From positions 1-31,953 of the forward strand of contig DAHVMJ010000009.1 of assembly GCA_027319905.1 (NCBI GenBank): 31,953 bases of DNA. The letters are read 5' to 3'. This document shows, in pieces, positions 26,111 to 31,953 of this stretch; the stretch's first letter is position 1; each line of letters opens with the position of its first letter. Origin of the DNA: Candidatus Micrarchaeota archaeon. GTDB taxonomy: Archaea; Micrarchaeota; Micrarchaeia; Micrarchaeales; CABMGC01. The notes below the pieces were generated by a model. That model was not told the origin of the DNA. It did not search any database and saw only the letters and a program-made list of their open reading frames with translations. The position numbers and the translations under genes were made by a program.

Positions 26111-27532
26111 TTATCTCACATTCGCAATCGCTTTCTGCAGGCCTTCCGTAGCGCGTAGCCTTACCTCGTCAAGGGTGTAGTCCCTGAGCAGTTTGCCGTC
26201 TCTGAAAACCTCAGCTAGTTGGTCGACTCCTGGGGCGCGCTGTTGCACCGTCTCGAAGCCGCCGTCCCTCACTATCAGCTTCAGCCTGCCTGCTTTGGAG
26301 TTCTTGCCAGGATCCGTAACGGGCTGCTTGTACACGTCCCTCTCCACGCCGTCGACGACGACACTAGAGCACTTGAATGCGAACTTCTGGGTGTCGCGGT
26401 TGAGCTTCTGCAAGAGTGCACCGCCCATACCGAATGCTATGTTGTCCGCGGACCACCCGCAGGCCTCCATAACCGAGAGTATCTTGTTCGTCATCTCATA
26501 GTCGACGCCGTCGCCCTGTATGACCCGCACCTTGTCGAAGAGCACCTTGTAACCTTTCTCATTAACGTGGTAACCGAACCTTTCGCCGAGTATGTCGAGC
26601 ACTTTTACCACCACCGCGGGCGGGTCACCAGAGTCAGGCCTTACAACTACAGTGCCGTCTCTATGCACAACCCTGTCCTTCAGCCTGCCTCCCCAGATGT
26701 CCCTGCATGCTTCGAAGATGTTGAATGAGTCGGAAACTACGGCCACCGTGCCTTTGGGGAACTTTACAAGCATGTTCTCCATTGCCTTTGCCTCGTTCTC
26801 CCTGCCCCATGAAGTTATGGTGGAGTGCTCCGCCGCGGGTATTGAGAAACCGGGCATGTCTGCGTGGTAATAGTTCCTTAGGAAGACGAGCGAAGCGATG
26901 GTGTCCGTGCCCTTGAAGTTGATCAGGTGGGCTGCGCCGCCCATTCCCGCAGACTCAACCGACGAGACTCCTCTGAAGCCGAAGTCATGCAGCTTGAAGT
27001 CGACGAGCGAGGGATCGCCTGTATCGTTGAGGAACCCGAGGAACTGCCTCTTCATGTTCAGCGAGAGTGTCGCGACCGTGGTGGGGTACCAGGTCTGCAC
27101 AAGGAGCGTTTCGAGGTAGTTGGTGAGCCAGTAGCAGTTAGGATCCGTGTTCTCCGCTGTGATCAGCACGTTATGCGTCGGGACCACGGTACCCTCAGGC
27201 ACGGCCTTTATGCTGACAGGCAGCCTGCCGCCGCAATGGTCTCGAATGTACTCCCAACCGGCCCTGTTGAACAGCTTGCCGTCACCGAGGTGCAGGCGTG
27301 CTATCTCTTCCGCCTCGTCTATCTTCTCGCTCGTCACCACAACGCCTTCTAGATATCTCTTGAGTAAGTACTGCAGCCCGAAGAAGAGGACCTCCGGGAA
27401 CTTGCCGCCTCTGGACTCGAAGTAGGAATACACGTTGGATGTGTTGGGCGGATACTGCTGCCAGTGCGTGATCTTGTAGCTGTCAGTCAGCAGAAGGAGA
27501 TTGTCACCGAGCTCGGATCGCCTGACGCTCAT
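26111..27532 (-). CDS. nadV: Nicotinamide phosphoribosyltransferase (NAMPT)
   Basis: TDSYK..H, LHDFGFRG, PAAEHS, VVSDS, RPDSGDP, IQGDG, FGMGGALLQ, RDTQKFAFKCS. Confidence 0.92.
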   Translation of the reverse strand: MSVRRSELGDNLLLLTDSYKITHWQQYPPNTSNVYSYFESRGGKFPEVLFFGLQYLLKRYLEGVVVTSEKIDEAEEIARLHLGDGKLFNRAGWEYIRDHCGGRLPVSIKAVPEGTVVPTHNVLITAENTDPNCYWLTNYLETLLVQTWYPTTVATLSLNMKRQFLGFLNDTGDPSLVDFKLHDFGFRGVSSVESAGMGGAAHLINFKGTDTIASLVFLRNYYHADMPGFSIPAAEHSTITSWGRENEAKAMENMLVKFPKGTVAVVSDSFNIFEACRDIWGGRLKDRVVHRDGTVVVRPDSGDPPAVVVKVLDILGERFGYHVNEKGYKVLFDKVRVIQGDGVDYEMTNKILSVMEACGWSADNIAFGMGGALLQKLNRDTQKFAFKCSSVVVDGVERDVYKQPVTDPGKNSKAGRLKLIVRDGGFETVQQRAPGVDQLAEVFRDGKLLRDYTLDEVRLRATEGLQKAIANVR

Positions 27533-27699
27533 TCCAACTTGCCTCGCTTCTGCAAAAGCTCCCTGTATGCCACTATCGCGGGGTGCATGTTATTTGGATC
27601 CCTTACTCCTTTCTTGAGCCACTCTATGCCTTCCTTCCACGCCTGCCTCGCCTCTTCGTCCGCGTCCTCGGGTTTTTTGCTGTTCTTCTTAACGGGCAT
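27529..27699 (-). CDS. 56-aa hypothetical protein translationally coupled to nadV (not in the ORF track)
   Basis: MPVKKNSKKPEDADEEARQAWKEGIEWLKKGVRDPNNMHPAIVAYRELLQKRGKLE; GTGATG upstream; ATGA overlap with nadV; host-like codons. Confidence 0.7.
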   Translation of the reverse strand: MPVKKNSKKPEDADEEARQAWKEGIEWLKKGVRDPNNMHPAIVAYRELLQKRGKLE

Positions 27700-27729
27700 T
27701 CCATCACAATAATAGCTATGAATTCGGGA

Positions 27730-27779
27730 CTACATATGTGCTTACCATAAACCATATATATCTACATATGGCATATGTA
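27730..27779. promoter_or_regulatory. Divergent promoter with candidate operator
   Basis: CTACATATG at 27730 and 27762; perfect palindrome TACATATG-G-CATATGTA at 27763-27779, between ATATATAT and ATG 27783. Confidence 0.6.
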
Positions 27780-27782
27780 AGC

Positions 27783-28649
27783 ATGGAAAGGCACATCTTC
27801 AAGTTCGGCAGCAACAGCGTGGCGCTCATAGTGCCGAAGAGGTGGCTCGACAAAAACGGCCTCAAACCGTCGAGCACAGTGTACGTGTCTGAGAGCGAAT
27901 CTGGCAACCTCATAGTCTCTGCGGCGGAAACCGCAAAACGGGAAGCGGAGAAGGTGGTGACTTCGAAAACAAGACCATCGTTCATCAGCAGGTGGGTAGG
28001 GCTGCACTACATGTATGGTACGGGTAGGCTGCGCGTCTACTCTGCCGACGGACTGACGCAGGCGCAGGTGGACGGCATAGAGGCGAAGATCAATGTCGAG
28101 TGCCCCGGCTTCGAGATAACAAGCCAGTCTAGCAACGATCTTGTGATGGAGGATCTGACAGACATAAGGGAGATAGACCTCGACAGGATAATCTCGAGGC
28201 TGCGGTCGCTGATAAACCAGGAGTTCGTGGAGTTTATTTCGGGAGACCAGAAGAGCGTGCCTAAGATAGAGAGGCTTGTAAACAGGTTCTACATGCTTGG
28301 TATGAGGTACGTGAACATAACCCAGGCGAAAGACGCCCTGATGTACTTCGGTGTGCTTGAGATGCTTGAGGCGATTTCTGACAAGCTTGAGGTCGTCTCG
28401 GTTGGTACGGCTATCAAAAACAAGCAGGTGTTCGAAGAGTTGCGCGCGGCGTTTGCCCTCTGCCCAGACGCGATGGCCGGAGACAGCGAGGCGCTTGAAA
28501 AGGTGGCTCAGATGAGAGAGGAGATAATAAGGAAGCTGCCGCATCGGACAAAAGATGACACGCAGACAAAAATGCTCAGGGAAGTGATCGACAGCATATC
28601 GAGCATAGCGGAGTTCGGATTGCGCTTTGAAGACGTCAGCAATAAATGA
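27783..28649 (+). CDS. AbrB-domain plus PhoU-like repeat regulator (archaeal phosphate-uptake regulator family)
   Basis: MERHIFKFGSNSVALIVPKRW...L...V AbrB motif; YMYG...GFEI linker; E..VNRFY and LEAISD PhoU-like helices. Confidence 0.8.
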   Translation: MERHIFKFGSNSVALIVPKRWLDKNGLKPSSTVYVSESESGNLIVSAAETAKREAEKVVTSKTRPSFISRWVGLHYMYGTGRLRVYSADGLTQAQVDGIEAKINVECPGFEITSQSSNDLVMEDLTDIREIDLDRIISRLRSLINQEFVEFISGDQKSVPKIERLVNRFYMLGMRYVNITQAKDALMYFGVLEMLEAISDKLEVVSVGTAIKNKQVFEELRAAFALCPDAMAGDSEALEKVAQMREEIIRKLPHRTKDDTQTKMLREVIDSISSIAEFGLRFEDVSNK

Positions 28650-28711
28650 GCGCGCTCGGAGCAGACCGGTCCTCTAAAGCCAATCTTTAAATATCGACGC
28701 GCAGAAGTTGA

Positions 28712-29140
28712 TTGGGGAGGAACGTGCATAGCCCGAAGGAGCGCGAGGCGGAAGCGGACATGGCGGTGAAAAGCGACCATGAAATCAAGGCGCTGGGGAT
28801 TTACAGGGATCTGATACGAGAATACGAACGCGAGCGCAGGCAAGACAAGGTTCGCGCCCTTACAGTCAAGATAGGCGAGGCCTACTACAGCATGTTCCTA
28901 AGCTTCAAGCCGATAATCAGAGACGGCTCGATCACCGAGGAAGAAAAAAGAAGAATGTTTGAGTACGCAAACGGAGCGACGCACGCCTGGAAGGCGGTGG
29001 GGGAGACGGAAAGACTCACCAAGCTGCAGAAGGACGTCGAGGCTTTCGGATCAGTGACCGAGGGAATGAACGGCGAGGGAGTGGGGACGCTGAAGAGGAT
29101 AGGCATCACGCTGAAGCTGGCGGTCAAGCGCAAGATCTAG
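28712..29140 (+). CDS. Hypothetical helical protein
   Basis: 142-aa ORF with host-like codons; TTTAAATA at about 28686; start uncertain (28712 or 28760). Confidence 0.6.
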   Translation: MGRNVHSPKEREAEADMAVKSDHEIKALGIYRDLIREYERERRQDKVRALTVKIGEAYYSMFLSFKPIIRDGSITEEEKRRMFEYANGATHAWKAVGETERLTKLQKDVEAFGSVTEGMNGEGVGTLKRIGITLKLAVKRKI

Positions 29141-29192
29141 AGTTGAAGCCGATACTAGCGGAGCATCGTGTCCTCACGTTTCTGTAGAGAAC

Positions 29193-29219
29193 GCTTAAAT
29201 ATGAGGAGATGCATAATAC
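29193..29219 (+). promoter_or_regulatory. Promoter motif shared with 15716-15742 (minus strand)
   Basis: GCTTAAATATGAGGAGATGCATAATAC versus GCTTAAATATGAGGAAAGACAAAATAC, 23 of 27 identical. Confidence 0.6.
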
Positions 29220-29224
29220 ACTTC

Positions 29225-29390
29225 AGATGAGGCAATGGCAAACCGCATGGCATTCGTGCCTATAGGATCGGTGTCAGACAAAGGCACACCGATGACAACC
29301 AGTTACTGGTAGCCACAGCCCAGAACACAACCCTTCTTCTAACAAATCTCGCAACGGCGCGGGTCGGGGATCTCGCGGCCGAGTCGTTTA
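29225..29390 (+). other. Candidate small structured RNA and/or 25-aa micro-ORF (29235-29312)
   Basis: Four consecutive hairpins downstream of a TATA box; ORF MANRMAFVPIGSVSDKGTPMTTSYW preceded by TGAGG. Confidence 0.35.
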
Positions 29391-29455
29391 GAGCTTAGGC
29401 AAGCGCCATCTCTGGCTGCTGCTTCTTGGCTTTGGAAATTTGAAAGGGAGAGGAA

Positions 29456-29722
29456 ATGATGGATGAGAAAATGCTTGAATTTCGTGAAATGCTTGCGCGG
29501 CGCTGCGCCGTATGCGAGCGCGAACTCGCCGAGGGCGAGGAGAGGGTTTTGCTGCCGGCATACGTCCAGGAACGCGACGCTCTCGTGCGCCAGGGGTTTG
29601 TTGAGCAGCGCGTGGCGTGCGTCGAATGCGCGATGAGCATGAAACGCAAGGAGAAGACGAAAGCCAGGCGGTTGAGCGATGCAAGACGCATAGTAGCGTT
29701 TCTGCGCATGCTACAGGGCTAG
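29456..29722 (+). CDS. Small zinc-finger protein (CxxC...CxxC)
   Basis: CAVC and CVEC; GGGAGAGG ribosome-binding site; basic C-terminal helix. Confidence 0.65.
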   Translation: MMDEKMLEFREMLARRCAVCERELAEGEERVLLPAYVQERDALVRQGFVEQRVACVECAMSMKRKEKTKARRLSDARRIVAFLRMLQG

Positions 29723-29727
29723 CGCAA

Positions 29728-29751
29728 GCCGCCGCGCCGAAGAGCGGCGGC
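29728..29751. terminator. GC-rich hairpin after the zinc-finger gene
   Basis: GCCGCCGC-GCCGAAGA-GCGGCGGC; no immediate U-tract, so function is uncertain. Confidence 0.35.
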
Positions 29752-29756
29752 AGTCT

Positions 29757-29770
29757 GAAACGCTTTTATT
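29757..29770 (+). promoter_or_regulatory. BRE/TATA promoter of the HD-kae1-bud32 operon
   Basis: GAAACGCTTTTATT 24 nt before ATG 29794; same form as the polB promoter. Confidence 0.6.
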
Positions 29771-29793
29771 TGGAACGTGAGGAATGTTAGTAT

Positions 29794-30774
29794 ATGAGAA
29801 TCAGAGATGTGCTGTATGGCAGATCTGATGTAAAAGAACCGGTGTTGCTGGAGCTGCTGCGGTGCAGGGATGTCACACGGCTCAAGAGGGTATCACAGAG
29901 CGGAATGCGCTATCTTGGAGGCGTAAAACGTGCCACCAACTATTCGCGATTTGAACACAGCGTTGGGGTCATGCTGCTTCTCAGGCGCCTCGGCGCCAGT
30001 ATTGAGGAGCAGGTTGCAGGTTTACTCCATGACTCATCACATACGGCTTTTTCCCATATTGTGGATTTTGTGTTCGAGAGGAAAGAAGAGGACTACGCCG
30101 GAAACATGCTTCTCAAGTACATCGAATCAGGAAGTGTTGCAGAAATACTTGAAAGACACAACATCGATGTTCGTAGAATAGGGGAGTATGAAAGCCGTGG
30201 AGAGTTTGGGCTTCTTGAGAGACCTATCCCGGAACTTTGCGCTGATAGAATTGACAATGGACTTAGGTACATGCATTACGCCGGCCTCGGCACCAGAAGC
30301 TGCGTAAGAGACCTGGATGTAAAGAACAACAGAATAGTGTTCCTTTCGAAGAAGTCTGCAAGAAATTTCGCTTATGGGTTCCTCAGAGGAACCGAGGCAG
30401 AGTGGGGAAATGCGGAGGAAGGGTTGCGCGCATATATGCTGTCAAATGCGATCAGGCGCGGAGTCAAACTGAGAATCATAAGGTATAAATCACTCCACGA
30501 GGAAGGAGAGCCTGAGATACTGAGGAAGCTGAGAGCATCAGGAGACGCCAAACTGGCAGGATACCTGAAACTTGCAAGAAGCAAGCCGCGATTCAGGTCA
30601 AGCACAAAAGGGAGCATATTCATAGATGAGAAGGTAAGATACGTAGATCCTGTCTTTGTCTCAGGCGGAAAGCTGATCTGGCTTATGCAGATTGACGGGA
30701 CTTACCGCAACGCCGTGCTTAAGGAGAATGAGATGTTGGAGAAAGGATACAGACTGGAACTGATTGGCAGATGA
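29794..30774 (+). CDS. HD-domain phosphohydrolase, dNTP triphosphohydrolase (SAMHD1-like) family
   Basis: RLKRVSQSG, YSRFEHSVGV, AGLLHDSSHTAFSH, LCADRID. Confidence 0.87.
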   Translation: MRIRDVLYGRSDVKEPVLLELLRCRDVTRLKRVSQSGMRYLGGVKRATNYSRFEHSVGVMLLLRRLGASIEEQVAGLLHDSSHTAFSHIVDFVFERKEEDYAGNMLLKYIESGSVAEILERHNIDVRRIGEYESRGEFGLLERPIPELCADRIDNGLRYMHYAGLGTRSCVRDLDVKNNRIVFLSKKSARNFAYGFLRGTEAEWGNAEEGLRAYMLSNAIRRGVKLRIIRYKSLHEEGEPEILRKLRASGDAKLAGYLKLARSKPRFRSSTKGSIFIDEKVRYVDPVFVSGGKLIWLMQIDGTYRNAVLKENEMLEKGYRLELIGR

Positions 30775-31756
30775 TGCTTGTATGCTGGTCATGGGAGTGG
30801 AAAGCAGCGCACACACGTTCGGCGTAGGCATAGCTGACAACGGCAGAGTGCTGGCCAACGAGAAGATGATGTATGACGTCGGCAGCAGAGGTATGATACC
30901 CTCAAAGGTGGCTGAGACGCATGTGAAGAACGCAGGCACGGTAATCAGAATGGCGCTTGAGAAAGCCAGAGTCAAAATAACAGAGATAGAGGGAGTGGGC
31001 TACACGAAAGGCCCAGGAATAGGCGCCTGCTTGCAGGTGGGGCAGCTGGCCGCGAAGACGATATCGAACGGCCTTGGAATCGGAATCGTGCCGGTCAACC
31101 ACGCTGTGGCGCACGTTGAGATAACGAAACACGAGGCGAAACTCAGAGATCCGATCGCGCTGTACGTCAGCGGAGGCAACTCTCAGATACTGAAACTTGC
31201 TGGAAACCCGTTCAGACACTATCAGATCCTAGGGGAAACGTTCGACGTTGGCGTGGGCAACATGCTAGACGCCTTCGCGCGAGAGATAAAACTGACGCCT
31301 GCGTGGGGCTCTACGGTGGCAAAGCTTGCCGCGAAAGGCAGCTACATCGAGATGCCATACACGGTGAAGGGGATGGACTTTGCGTTCACGGGTCTGCTTA
31401 CATACGCATCGAGTCTCGCTGGCAAGGAGAACGATGAGGATCTTTGCTACTCAATACAGGAAACCTCATTTGCGATGCTGTGTGAGGCTACGGAACGCGC
31501 CCTTCTACTAACGAACAGAGATGAGCTCGAGGTCTGCGGAGGCGTGGCGCAGAGTGTGCGGTTGCAGGAGATGCTGAGAAGCATCTGCAAGGAGCACGGA
31601 ATGAGATTCGGAGTCGCGAAGAATGAGTACAACGCCGACAATGGAGGCATGATCGCATACGTGGCGGAGCGGATGCTGGAGCACGGCCATTCGGAACCGC
31701 TTGCGAGGTGCGGCATACAGCAGAGGTACAGGATAGACAAGGCGATTGTGGTATGA
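30764..31756 (+). CDS. kae1: KEOPS t6A threonylcarbamoyltransferase Kae1
   Basis: GVESSAHT, GPGIGACL, VNHAVAHVE, LYVSGGNSQ, GETFD, GGVA, DNGGMIA. Alternative start ATG 30782. Confidence 0.96.
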   Translation: MADDACMLVMGVESSAHTFGVGIADNGRVLANEKMMYDVGSRGMIPSKVAETHVKNAGTVIRMALEKARVKITEIEGVGYTKGPGIGACLQVGQLAAKTISNGLGIGIVPVNHAVAHVEITKHEAKLRDPIALYVSGGNSQILKLAGNPFRHYQILGETFDVGVGNMLDAFAREIKLTPAWGSTVAKLAAKGSYIEMPYTVKGMDFAFTGLLTYASSLAGKENDEDLCYSIQETSFAMLCEATERALLLTNRDELEVCGGVAQSVRLQEMLRSICKEHGMRFGVAKNEYNADNGGMIAYVAERMLEHGHSEPLARCGIQQRYRIDKAIVV

Positions 31757-31953
31757 GGAAGCTAAGCGAGGGAGCTGAAGCGAAGGTCTTCGCGACGAGG
31801 CTGTTCGGAATTGACGCAGTTGTCAAGGTCAGGCAACCCAAGGCGTACAGAATAAGGGAGCTGGACGAAACGCTGAGGAGAACGCGCACGCGAAAGGAGG
31901 CGAGGGCGATGCTGCGCGCCTCAGAGGCAGGAGTGAGAGTGCCTCGCTTGCTG
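31753..31953 (+). CDS. bud32: KEOPS kinase Bud32, 5' part (runs off the window)
   Basis: ATGA overlap with kae1; MRKLSEGAEAKVF...VVKVRQPKAYR..ELD..LRRTRTRKEA..L..A..AGV.VP. Confidence 0.92.
   Translation, partial: MRKLSEGAEAKVFATRLFGIDAVVKVRQPKAYRIRELDETLRRTRTRKEARAMLRASEAGVRVPRLL

Noticed and set aside
29220..29400. RNase P RNA, SRP RNA or fluoride riboswitch
   Set aside because: The diagnostic conserved segments (RNase P GAGGAAAGUCC-type P4 strand, SRP helix 8 motif, crcB pseudoknot pairing) could not be found.
1..31953. CRISPR array, rRNA, IS transposase or integrase
   Set aside because: No regularly spaced repeats, rRNA-like sequence or transposase/recombinase motifs were seen.

Overview
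Archaeal chromosomal segment, most likely from DPANN Micrarchaeota. This is inferred from the split rpoH-B''-B'-A'-A'' operon, kae1-bud32, an archaeal PolB, a type II MetAP, BRE/TATA promoters and pilin-like LamG proteins starting QSAMEYLMTYGW. Most of it is housekeeping: polB, map, grpE-dnaK-dnaJ, RNA polymerase, an Sm protein, tRNA-Arg(TCG), tRNA-Ala(GGC) and KEOPS genes. Notable elements: (1) three dispersed paralogous class III signal-peptide LamG adhesin genes with near-constant ends and hypervariable middles, two of them with foreign codon usage, suggesting cassette exchange; (2) an AT-rich zinc-finger/DUF559 (Vsr/EDxHD-like) endonuclease gene between dnaK and dnaJ, whose foreign codon signature continues into the J-domain of dnaJ, suggesting intronless homing with co-conversion; (3) a bacterial/phage-type NAMPT plus NadR-type NMNAT NAD-salvage operon next to an orphan HicA; (4) two short intergenic transcription units 13.5 kb apart that share a 27-nt promoter motif; (5) substitutions in normally invariant RNA polymerase active-centre motifs. 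All family calls come from recognising motifs by eye and codon counts were done by hand; no database searches were run.
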